Shown piece by piece: positions 15,362 to 30,400 of a stretch of 64,000 nucleotides of DNA. Source of the DNA: the human T2T-CHM13v2.0 reference genome, Homo sapiens; NCBI RefSeq assembly GCF_009914755.1, contig NC_060937.1. One strand, given 5' to 3'. Every line of letters begins with the position of its first letter. Within the stretch, counting starts at the first letter, position 1. The notes under the pieces are model-generated. The model ran no database searches and had not been told where the DNA came from. It saw only the letters and a list, made by a program, of their open reading frames with translations. Both the position numbers and the translations under genes were made by a program.

Positions 15362-18300
15362 ATGAAATATCAAAGTTCACAAACTATATATTATATACTG
15401 TACATAAAATATCAAAGTACCCAAACTATACATTATATACTGTACATAAAATCTGAAATTCCATCAAATATATATTATATTAGGTATGTAAAATATGAAA
15501 GTACATCAAATATAGATTATATACTGTACATAAAATACCAAAGTACCCCAAATATATATTTTATACTGTACATGAAATATCAAAGTTCTCAAACTATATA
15601 TTATATACTGCACATAAAATATCAAAGTACCCAAGGTATATATTCCATACTGTACAAAAAATATCAAAGTACCCAAAGCATATATTATATGCTGTACATA
15701 AAATATGAAAGTACATCAAATATATATTTTATTCTGTACATAAAATATCAAAGTACACCAAATATATATTCTATACTGTACATAAAATATCAAGTTACCC
15801 AAACTATACATTATATACTGTACATAAAATATGAAATTACATCAAATATATATTATATTAGGTACATAAAATATGAAAGTACATCAAATATAGATTCTAT
15901 ACTGTACATAAAATATCAAAGTACCCAAATATATATCATATACTGTACATGAAATATCAAATTTCACAAACTATATATTATATACTGTAAATAAAATATC
16001 AAAGTACCCACACTATACATTATATACTGTACATAAAATATGAAATTACATCAAATATATATTATATTAGGTATGTAAAATATGAAAGTACATCAAATAT
16101 AGATTATATACTGTACATAAAATACCAAAGTACCCCAAATATATATTTTATACTGTACATGAAATATCAAAGTTCTCAAACTATATATTATATACTGCAC
16201 ATAAAATATCAAAGTACCCAAGGTATATATTCCATACTGTACAAAAAATATCAAAGTACCCAAAGCATATATTATATGCTGTACATAAAATATGAAAGTA
16301 CATCAAATATATATTTTATTCTGTTCATAAAATATCAAAGTACACCAAATATATATTATATACTGTACATAAAATATCAAGGTACCCAAACTATACATTA
16401 TATACTGTACATAAAATATGAAATTACATCAAATATATATTATATTAGGTACATAAAATATGAAAGTACATCAAATATAGATTATATACTGTACATAAAA
16501 TATCAAAGTACCCAAATATATATCATATACTGTACATGAAATATCAAAGTTCACAAACTATATATTATATACTGTACATAAAATATCAAAGTACCCAAAC
16601 TATACATTATATACTGTACATAAAATATGAAATTACATCAAATATATATTTTATTAGGTATGTAAAATATGAAAGTACATCAAATATAGATTATATACTG
16701 TACATAAAATACCAAAGTACCCCAAATATATATTTTATACTGTACATGAAATATCAAAGTTCTCAAACTATATATTATATACTGCACATAAAATATCAAA
16801 GTACCCAAGGTATATATTCCATACTGTACAAAAAATATCAAAGTACCCAAAGCATATATAATATGCTGTACATAAAATATGAAAGTACATGAAATATATA
16901 TTATATTCTCTACATAAAATATCAAAGTACACCCAATATATATTCTATACTGTACATAAAATATCAAGGTACCCAAACTATACATTATATACTGTACATA
17001 AAATATGAAATTACATCAAATATATATTATATTAGGTACATATAATAAGAAAGTACATCAAATATAGATTATATACTGTACATAAAATATCAAAGTACCC
17101 AAATATATATCATATACTGTACATGAAATATCAAAGTTCACAAACTATATATTATATACTGTACATAAAATATCAAAGTACCCAAACTATACAATATATA
17201 CTGTACATAAAATCTGAAATTACATCAAATATATATTATATTAGGTATGTAAAATATGAAAGTACATCAAATATAGATTATATACTGTACATAAAATACC
17301 GAAGTACGCCAAATATATATTCTATACTGTACATGAAATATCAAAGTTCTCAAACTATATATTATATAGTGCACATAAAATATCAAACTACCCAAGGTAT
17401 ATATTCCATACTGTACAAAAAATATCAAAGTACCCAAAGCATATATTATATGCTGTACATAAAATATGAAAGTACATCAAATATATATTTTATTCTGTAC
17501 ATAAAATATCAAAGTACACCAAATATATATTCTATACTGTACATAAAATATCAAGGTACCCAAACTATACATTATATACTGTACATAATATATGAAATTA
17601 CATCAAATATATATTATATTAGGTACATAAAATATGAAAGTACATGAAATATAGATTATATACTGTACATAAAATACCAAATAACCCCAAATATATATTA
17701 TATACTGTACATGAAATATCAAAGTCCACAAACTATATATTATATACTGTACATAAAATATCAAAGTACCCAAAGTATATATTCTATACTGTACAAAAAA
17801 TATCAAAGTACCCAAAACATGTATTATATACTGTTCATAACATATGAAAGTACATCAAATATATATTTAATTCTGTACATAAAATATCAAAGTACACCAA
17901 ATATATATTCTATAGTGTACATAAAATATCAAAGTACCCAAACTATACATTATATACTGTACATAAAATATGAAATTACATCAAATATATATTACATTAG
18001 GTACATAAAATATGAAAGTACGTCAAATATAGATTATATACTGTACATAAAATATCAAATTACCACAAATATATATTATATACTGTACATGAAATATCAA
18101 AGTTCACAAACTATATATTATATACTGTACATAAAATATCAAAGTACCCAAGGTATATATTCTATACTGTAGAAAAAATATAAAAGTACCCAAAGCATGT
18201 ATTATATACTGTACATAAAATATGAAAGTACATCAAATATATATTTTATTCTGTACATAAAATATCAAAGTACACCAAATATATATTCTATAGTGTACAT

Positions 18301-19099
18301 AAAATATCAAAATACCCAAACTATACATTATATACTGTACATAAAATATGAAATTACATCAAATATATATTATAATAGGTACATAAAATATGAAAGTACA
18401 TCAAATATAAATTATATACTGTACATAAAATACCAAAGAGCCCCAAATATATATTATATACTGTACATGCAATATCAAAGTTCACGAACTATATATTATA
18501 TACTGTACATAAAATATCAAAGTACCCAAGGTATATATTCTATACTGTACAAAAAATATCATAGTACCCAAAGCATGTATTATATACTGTTCATAACATA
18601 TGAAATTACATCAAATATATATTTTATTCTGTACATAAAGTATCAAAGTACAGCAAATATATATTATATAGTGTACATAAAATATCAAAGTACCCAAACA
18701 ATACATTATATACTGTACATAAAATATGAAATTACATCAAATATATATTACATTAGGTTCATAAAATATGAAAGTACATCAAATATAGATTATATACTGT
18801 ACATAAAATACCAAAGAACCCCAAATATATATTATATACTGTACATGAAATATCAAAGTTCACACACTATATATTATATACTGTACATAAAATATCAAAG
18901 TACCCAAGGTATATATTCTATACTGTACAAAAAATATCAAAGTACCCAAAGCATGTATTATATACTGTTCATAAAATATGAAAGTACATCAAATATATAT
19001 GTTATTCTGTACATAAAATATCAAAGTACACCAAATATATATTCTATAGTGTACATTAAATATCAAAGTACCCAAACTATACATTATATACTGTACATA

Positions 19100-22000
19100 A
19101 AATATGAAATTACATCAAATATATATTATATTAGGTACATAAAATATGAAAGTACATCAAATATATATTATATACTGTACATAAAATACCAAAGTACCCC
19201 AAATACATATTATATACTCTACATGAAATATCAAAGTTCACAAACTATATATTATGTACTGGACATAAAATATGAAAGTACCGAAGGTATATATTCTATA
19301 CTGTACAAAAAATATCAAAGTACCCAAAGCATGTATTATATACTGTTCATAAAATATGAAAGTACATCAATTATATATTTTATTCTGTACATAAAATAAA
19401 AAAGTACACCAAATATATATTCTATAGTGTACATAAAATATCAAAGTACCCAAACTATACATTATATACTGTACATAAAATATGAAATTACATCAAATAT
19501 ATATTATATTAGGTACATAAAATATGAAAGTACATCAAATATAAATTATATACTGTACATAAAATACCAAAGTACCCCAAATACATATTACATACTGTAC
19601 ATGAAATATCAAATTTCACAAACTATATATTTTATACTGTACATAAAATATCAAAGTACCCAAGGTATATATTCTATAGTGTACAAAAAATATCAAAGTA
19701 CCCAAAGCATGTATTATATACTGTACATAAAATATGAAAGTACATGAAATATTTATTTTATTCTGTATATAAAATATCAAATTACACCAAATATATATAC
19801 TATAGTGTACATAAAATATCAAAGTACCCAAACTATACATTATATACTGTACATAAAATATGAAATTACATCAAATATATATTATATTAGGTACATAAAA
19901 TATGAAAGTACATGAAATATAGATTATATACTGTACATAAAATACCAAATAACCCCAAATATATATTATATACTGTACATGAAATATCAAAGTTCACAAA
20001 CTATATATTATATACTGTACATAAAATATCAAAGTACCCAAGGTATATATTCTATACTGTACAAAAAATATCAAAGTACCCAAAGCATGTATTATATACG
20101 GTTCATAAAATAGGAAAGTACATCAAATATATATTTTATTCTGTACATAAAATATCAAAGTACACCAAATATATATTCTATAGTGTACATAAAATATCAA
20201 ATTACCCAAATTATACATTATATACTGTACATAAAATATGAAATTACATCAAATATATATTATATTAGGTACATAAAATATGAAATTACATCAGATATAA
20301 ATTATATGCTGTACATAAAATATCAAAGTACACCAAATATATATTATATACTGTACATGAAATATCAAAGTCCACAAACTATATATTATATACTGTACAT
20401 AAAATATCAAAGTACCCAAAGTATATATTCTATACTGTACAAAAAATATCAAAGTACCCAAAACATGTATTATATACTGTTCATAACATATGAAAGTACA
20501 TCAAATATATATTTAATTCTGTACATAAAATATCAAAGTACACCAAATATATATTCTATAGTGTACATAAAATATCAAAGTACCCAAACTATACATTATA
20601 TACTGTACATAAAATGTGAAATTACATCAAATATATACTATATTATGTACATAAAATATGAAAGTACGTCAAATATAGATTATATACTGTACATAACATA
20701 CCAAAGTACCCCAAATAAATATTTTATACTGTACATGCAATATCAAAGTTCACAAACTATATATCATATACTGTACAAAAAATATCAAAGTACCGAAGGT
20801 ATATATTCTATACTGTACAAAAAATATCAAAGTACCCAAAGCATGTATTATATACTGTACATAAAATATGAAAGTACATCAAATATATATTTTATTCTGT
20901 ACAAAAAATATCAAACTACACCAAATATATATTCTATAGTGTACATTAAATATCAAACTACCCAAACTATACATTATATACTGTACATAAAATATGAAAT
21001 TACATCAAATATATATTATATTAGGTACATAAAATATGAAAGTACATCAAATATAGATTATATACTGTACATAAAATACCAAAGTACCCCAAATACATAT
21101 TATATACTGTACATGGAATATCAAAGTTCACAAACTATATATTATATACTGTACATAAAATATCAAAGTACCGAAGGTATATATTCTATACTGTACAAAA
21201 AATATCAAAGTACCCAAAGCGTGTATTATATACTGTCATAAAATATGAAAGTACATCAAATATATATTTTATTCTGTACATAAAATATCAAAGTACACCA
21301 AATATATATTCTATAGTGTACATAAAATATGAAAGTACCCAAACTATACATTATATACTGTACATAAAATATGAAATTACATCAAATATATATTATATTA
21401 GGTACATAAAATATGAAAGTACATCAAATATAAATTATATACTGTACATAAAATACCAAAGTACCCCAAATATATATTATATACTGTACATGAAATATCA
21501 AAGTTCACAAACTATATATTATATACTGTACATAAAATATCAAAGTACCCAAGGTATATATTCTATTCTCTACAAAAAATATCAAAGTACCCAAAGCATG
21601 TATTATATACGGTACATGAAATATGAAAGTACATCAAATATATATTTAATTCTGTACATAAAATATCAAAGTACACCAAATATATATTCTATAGTGTACA
21701 TAAAATATCAAAGTAGCCAAACTATACATTATATACTGTACATAAAATATGAAATTACATCAAATATATATTATATTATGTACATAAAATATGAAAGTAC
21801 ATCAAATATAGATTATATACTGTACATAAAATACCAAAGTACACCAAATATATATTTTATACTGTACATGCAATATCAAAGTTCACAAACTATATATTAT
21901 ATACTGTACATAAAATATCAAAGTACCCAAGGTATATATTCTATACTGTACAAAAAATATCAAAGTACCCAAAGCATGTATTATATACTGTTAATAAAAT

Positions 22001-25000
22001 ATGAAAGTACATAAAATATATATATTATTCTGTACATAAAATATCAAAGTACACCAATTATATGTTCTATAGTGTACATAAAATATCAAATTACCCAAAC
22101 TATACATTATATACTGTACATAAAATATGAAATTACATCAAATATATATTATATTAGGTACATAAAATATGAAAGTACATCAAATATAAATTATATACTG
22201 TACATAAAATATCAAAGTACCTCAAATATATATTATATACTGTACATGAAATATCAAAGTTCACAAACTATATATTATATACAGTACATAAAATATCAAA
22301 GTACCCAAGGTATATATTCTATACTGTACAAAAAATATAAAAGTACCCAAAACATGTAGTATATACTGTACATAAAATATGAAAGTACATCAAATATATA
22401 TTTTATTCTGTACATAAAATATCAAAGTACACCAAATATATATTCTATAGTGTACATAAAATATCAAAGTACCCAAACTATACATTATATACTGTACATC
22501 AAATATGAAATTACATCAAATATATATTACATTAGGTACATAAAATGTGAAAGTACATCAAATATAGATTATATACTGTACATAAAATATCAAAGTACCC
22601 CAAATATATATTATATAGTGTACATGAAATATCAAAGTTCACAAACTATATATTATATACTGTACATAAAATATCAAAGTACCCAAGGTATATATTCTAT
22701 ACTGTACAAAAAATATGAAAGTACCCAAAAGCATGTATTATATACTGTACATAAAATATGAAAGTATATCAAATAAATATTTTATTCTGTACATAAAATA
22801 TCAAAGTACACCAAATATATATTCTATAGTGTACATAAGATATCAAAGTACCCAAACTATATATTATATACTGTACATAAAGTATGAAATTACATCAAAT
22901 ATATATTATATTAGGTACATAAAATATGAAAGTACATCAAATATAAATTATATACTGTACATAAAGTACCAAATACCCCAAATATATATTATATACTCTA
23001 CATGAAATATCAAAGTTCACAAACTATATATTATATACTGTACATAAAATATCAAAGTACCCAAGGTATATATTCTACACTCTACAAAAAATATCAAAGT
23101 ACCCAAAGCATGTATTATATACGGTACATAAAATATGAAAGTACATCAAATATATATTTAATTCTGTACATAAAATATCAAAGTACACCAAATATATATT
23201 CTATAGTGTACATAAAATATCAAAGTACCCAAACTATACATTATATACTGTACATAAAATATGAAATTACATCAAATATATATTATATTAGGTACATAAA
23301 ATATGAAAGTACATCAAATATATATTATATACTGTACATAAAATACCAAAGTACCCCAAATACATATTATATACTCTACATGAAATATCAAAGTTCACAA
23401 ACTATATATTATGTACTGGACATAAAATATGAAAGTACCGAAGGTATATATTCTATACTGTACAAAAAATATCAAAGTACCCAAAGCATGTATTATATAC
23501 TGTTCATAAAATATGAAAGTACATCAATTATATATTTTATTCTGTACATAAAATAAAAAAGTACACCAAATATATATTCTATAGTGTACATAAAATATCA
23601 AAGTACCCAAACTATACATTATATACTGTACATAAAATATGAAATTACATCAAATATATATTATATTAGGTACATAAAATATGAAAGTACATCAAATATA
23701 AATTATATACTGTACATAAAATACCAAAGTACCCCAAATACATATTACATACTGTACATGAAATATCAAATTTCACAAACTATATATTTTATACTGTACA
23801 TAAAATATCAAAGTACCCAAGGTATATATTCTATAGTGTACAAAAAATATCAAAGTACCCAAAGCATGTATTATATACTGTACATAAAATATGAAAGTAC
23901 ATGAAATATTTATTTTATTCTGTATATAAAATATCAAATTACACCAAATATATATACTATAGTGTACATAAAATATCAAAGTACCCAAACTATACATTAT
24001 ATACTGTACATAAAATATGAAATTACATCAAATATATATTATATTAGGTACATAAAATATGAAAGTACATGAAATATAGATTATATACTGTACATAAAAT
24101 ACCAAATAACCCCAAATATATATTATATACTGTACATGAAATATCAAAGTTCACAAACTATATATTATATACTGTACATAAAATATCAAAGTACCCAAGG
24201 TATATATTCTATACTGTACAAAAAATATCAAAGTACCCAAAGCATGTATTATATACGGTTCATAAAATAGGAAAGTACATCAAATATATATTTTATTCTG
24301 TACATAAAATATCAAAGTACACCAAATATATATTCTATAGTGTACATAAAATATCAAATTACCCAAATTATACATTATATACTGTACATAAAATATGAAA
24401 TTACATCAAATATATATTATATTAGGTACATAAAATATGAAATTACATCAGATATAAATTATATGCTGTACATAAAATATCAAAGTACACCAAATATATA
24501 TTATATACTGTACATGAAATATCAAAGTCCACAAACTATATATTATATACTGTACATAAAATATCAAAGTACCCAAAGTATATATTCTATACTGTACAAA
24601 AAATATCAAAGTACCCAAAACATGTATTATATACTGTTCATAACATATGAAAGTACATCAAATATATATTTAATTCTGTACATAAAATATCAAAGTACAC
24701 CAAATATATATTCTATAGTGTACATAAAATATCAAAGTACCCAAACTATACATTATATACTGTACATAAAATGTGAAATTACATCAAATATATACTATAT
24801 TATGTACATAAAATATGAAAGTACGTCAAATATAGATTATATACTGTACATAACATACCAAAGTACCCCAAATAAATATTTTATACTGTACATGCAATAT
24901 CAAAGTTCACAAACTATATATCATATACTGTACAAAAAATATCAAAGTACCGAAGGTATATATTCTATACTGTACAAAAAATATCAAAGTACCCAAAGCA

Positions 25001-27420
25001 TGTATTATATACTGTACATAAAATATGAAAGTACATCAAATATATATTTTATTCTGTACAAAAAATATCAAAGTACACCAAATATATATTCTATAGTGTA
25101 CATTAAATATCAAACTACCCAAACTATACATTATATACTGTACATAAAATATGAAATTACATCAAATATATATTATATTAGGTACATAAAATATGAAAGT
25201 ACATCAAATATAGATTATATACTGTACATAAAATACCAAAGTACCCCAAATACATATTATATACTGTACATGGAATATCAAAGTTCACAAACTATATATT
25301 ATATACTGTACATAAAATATCAAAGTACCGAAGGTATATATTCTATACTGTACAAAAAATATCAAAGTACCCAAAGCGTGTATTATATACTGTCATAAAA
25401 TATGAAAGTACATCAAATATATATTTTATTCTGTACATAAAATATCAAAGTACACCAAATATATATTCTATAGTGTACATAAAATATGAAAGTACCCAAA
25501 CTATACATTATATACTGTACATAAAATATGAAATTACATCAAATATATATTATATTAGGTACATAAAATATGAAAGTACATCAAATATAAATTATATACT
25601 GTACATAAAATACCAAAGTACCCCAAATATATATTATATACTGTACATGAAATATCAAAGTTCACAAACTATATATTATATACTGTACATAAAATATCAA
25701 AGTACCCAAGGTATATATTCTATTCTCTACAAAAAATATCAAAGTACCCAAAGCATGTATTATATACGGTACATGAAATATGAAAGTACATCAAATATAT
25801 ATTTAATTCTGTACATAAAATATCAAAGTACACCAAATATATATTCTATAGTGTACATAAAATATCAAAGTAGCCAAACTATACATTATATACTGTACAT
25901 AAAATATGAAATTACATCAAATATATATTATATTATGTACATAAAATATGAAAGTACATCAAATATAGATTATATACTGTACATAAAATACCAAAGTACA
26001 CCAAATATATATTTTATACTGTACATGCAATATCAAAGTTCACAAACTATATATTATATACTGTACATAAAATATCAAAGTACCCAAGGTATATATTCTA
26101 TACTGTACAAAAAATATCAAAGTACCCAAAGCATGTATTATATACTGTTAATAAAATATGAAAGTACATAAAATATATATATTATTCTGTACATAAAATA
26201 TCAAAGTACACCAATTATATGTTCTATAGTGTACATAAAATATCAAATTACCCAAACTATACATTATATACTGTACATAAAATATGAAATTACATCAAAT
26301 ATATATTATATTAGGTACATAAAATATGAAAGTACATCAAATATAAATTATATACTGTACATAAAATATCAAAGTACCTCAAATATATATTATATACTGT
26401 ACATGAAATATCAAAGTTCACAAACTATATATTATATACAGTACATAAAATATCAAAGTACCCAAGGTATATATTCTATACTGTACAAAAAATATAAAAG
26501 TACCCAAAACATGTAGTATATACTGTACATAAAATATGAAAGTACATCAAATATATATTTTATTCTGTACATAAAATATCAAAGTACACCAAATATATAT
26601 TCTATAGTGTACATAAAATATCAAAGTACCCAAACTATACATTATATACTGTACATAAAATATGAAATTACATCAAATATATATTACATTAGGTACATAA
26701 AATGTGAAAGTACATCAAATATAGATTATATACTGTACATAAAATATCAAAGTACCCCAAATATATATTATATAGTGTACATGAAATATCAAAGTTCACA
26801 AACTATATATTATATACTGTACATAAAATATCAAAGTACCCAAGGTATATATTCTATACTGTACAAAAAATATGAAAGTACCCAAAGCATGTATTATATA
26901 CTGTACATAAAATATGAAAGTATATCAAATAAATATTTTATTCTGTACATAAAATATCAAAGTACACCAAATATATATTCTATAGTGTACATAAGATATC
27001 AAAGTACCCAAACTATATATTATATACTGTACATAAAGTATGAAATTACATCAAATATATATTATATTAGGTACATAAAATATGAAAGTACATCAAATAT
27101 AAATTATATACTGTACATAAAGTACCAAATACCCCAAATATATATTATATACTCTACATGAAATATCAAAGTTCACAAACTATATATTATATACTGTACA
27201 TAAAATATCAAAGTACCCAAGGTATATATTCTATACTCTACAAAAAATATCAAAGTACCCAAAGCATGTATTATATACGGTACATAAAATATGAAAGTAC
27301 ATCAAATATATATTTAATTCTGTACATAAAATATCAAAGTACACCAAATATATATTCTATAGTGTACATAAAATATCAAAGTACCCAAACTATACATTAT
27401 ATACTGTACATAAAATATGA
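19100..27420. repeat. Near-identical tandem duplication, 4157-bp period (11 nonamers)
   Basis: ORF pairs with identical or near-identical translations: 19427/23584, 19616/23773, 19912/24069, 20183/24340, 21316/25473, 22072/26229, 22450/26607. Confidence 0.93.
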
Positions 27421-30400
27421 AATTACATCAAATATATATTATATTAGGTACATAAAATATGAAAGTACATCAAATATAGATTATATACTGTACATAAAAT
27501 ACCAAAGTACCCCAAATACATATTATATACTGTACATGAAATATCAAAGTTCACAAACTATATATTATATACTGTACATAAAATATCAAAGTACCCAAGG
27601 TATATATTCTATACTGTACAAAAAATATCAAAGTACCCAAAGCAAGTATTATATACTGTACATAAAATATGAAAGTACATCAAACATATATTTTATTCTG
27701 TACATAAAATATCAAAGTACACCAAATATATATTCTATAGTGTACATAAAATACCAAAGTACCCAAAGTATACATTATATACTGTACATAAAATATGAAA
27801 TTACATCAAATATATATTACATTAGGTACATAAAATATGAAAGTACATCAAATATAGATTATATACTGTACATAAAATATCAAAGTACCCCAAATATATA
27901 TTATATACTGTACATGAAATATCAAAGTTCACAAACTATATATTATATACTGTACATAAAATATCAAAGTACCCAAGGTATATATTCTATACTGTACAAA
28001 ATATATCAAAGTACCCAAAGCATGTATTATATACTGTACATAAAATATGAAAGTACATCAAATAAATAGTTTATTCTGTACATAAAATATCAAAGTACAC
28101 CAAATATATATTCTATAGTGTACATAAAATATCAAATTACCCAAATTATACATTATATACTGTACATAAAATATGAAATTACATCAAATATATATTATAT
28201 TAGGTACATAAAATATGAAATTACATCAGATATAAATTATATGCTGCACATAAAATATCAAAGTACACCAAATATATATTATATACTGTACATGAAATAT
28301 CAAAGTCCACAAACTATATATTATATACTGTACATAAAATATCAAAGTACCCAAAGTATATATTCTATACTGTACAAAAAATATCAAAGTACCCAAAACA
28401 TGTATTATATACTGTTCATAACATATGAAAGTACATCAAATATATATTTAATTCTGTACATAAAATATCAAAGTACACCAAATATATATTCTATAGTGTA
28501 CATAAAATATCAAAGTACCCAAACTATACATTATATACTGTACATAAAATGTGAAATTACATCAAATATATACTATATTATGTACATAAAATATGAAAGT
28601 ACGTCAAATATAGATTATATACTGTACATAACATACCAAAGTACCCCAAATAAATATTTTATACTGTACATGCAATATCAAAGTTCACAAACTATATATC
28701 ATATACTGTACAAAAAATATCAAAGTACCGAAGGTATATATTCTATACTGTACAAAAAATATCAAAGTACCCAAAGCATGTATTATATACTGTACATAAA
28801 ATATGAAAGTACATCAAATATATATTTTATTCTGTACAAAAAATATCAAAGTACACCAAATATATATTCTATAGTGTACATTAAATATCAAACTACCCAA
28901 ACTATACATTATATACTGTACATAAAATATGAAATTACATCAAATATATATTATATTAGGTACATAAAATATGAAAGTACATCAAATATAGATTATATAC
29001 TGTACATAAAATACCAAAGTACCCCAAATACATATTATATACTGTACATGGAATATCAAAGTTCACAAACTATATATTATATACTGTACATAAAATATCA
29101 AAGTACCGAAGGTATATATTCTATACTGTACAAAAAATATCAAAGTACCCAAAGCGTGTATTATATACTGTCATAAAATATGAAAGTACATCAAATATAT
29201 ATTTTATTCTGTACATAAAATATCAAAGTACACCAAATATATATTCTATAGTGTACATAAAATATGAAAGTACCCAAACTATACATTATATACTGTACAT
29301 AAAATATGAAATTACATCAAATATATATTATATTAGGTACATAAAATATGAAAGTACATCAAATATAAATTATATACTGTACATAAAATACCAAAGTACC
29401 CCAAATATATATTATATACTGTACATGAAATATCAAAGTTCACAAACTATATATTATATACTGTACATAAAATATCAAAGTACCCAAGGTATATATTCTA
29501 TTCTCTACAAAAAATATCAAAGTACCCAAAGCATGTATTATATACGGTACATGAAATATGAAAGTACATCAAATATATATTTAATTCTGTACATAAAATA
29601 TCAAAGTACACCAAATATATATTCTATAGTGTACATAAAATATCAAAGTAGCCAAACTATACATTATATACTGTACATAAAATATGAAATTACATCAAAT
29701 ATATATTATATTATGTACATAAAATATGAAAGTACATCAAATATAGATTATATACTGTACATAAAATACCAAAGTACACCAAATATATATTTTATACTAT
29801 ACATGCAATATCAAAGTTCACAAACTATATATTATATACTGTACATAAAATATCAAAGTACCCAAGGTATATATTCTATACTGTACAAAAAATATCAAAG
29901 TACCCAAAGCATGTATTATATACTGTTAATAAAATATGAAAGTACATAAAATATATATATTATTCTGTACATAAAATATCAAAGTACACCAATTATATGT
30001 TCTATAGTGTACATAAAATATCAAATTACCCAAACTATACATTATATACTGTACATAAAATATGAAATTACATCAAATATATATTATATTAGGTACATAA
30101 AATATGAAAGTACATCAAATATAAATTATATACTGTACATAAAATATCAAAGTACCTCAAATATATATTATATACTGTACATGAAATATCAAAGTTCACA
30201 AACTATATATTATATACAGTACATAAAATATCAAAGTACCCAAGGTATATATTCTATACTGTACAAAAAATATAAAAGTACCCAAAACATGTAGTATATA
30301 CTGTACATAAAATATGAAAGTACATCAAATATATATTTTATTCTGTACATAAAATATCAAAGTACACCAAATATATATTCTATAGTGTACATAAAATATC

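Larger units (their letters stand above)
1..17640. repeat. Domain 1: 587-bp 14-monomer HOR (AFGHI-ABCDEFGHI*), about 30 units
   Basis: Unit starts (ATGAAATATCAAAGTTCAC) at 352, 939, 1526, 2113 ... 8235, 8822, 9409, 9996, 10583, 11170, 11757, 12344, 12931, 13518 ... 14775, 15362, 15949, 16536, 17123, spaced 587 = 14x42-1. Diagnostic variants: TTAGGTATGTAAAA, GTTCTCAAAC, CTGCACAT, TATTCCATAC, GCATATATTATATGCTG, CAAGGTACCC, and 41-bp I* monomer GTACCCAAATATATATCATAT. Confidence 0.93.
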
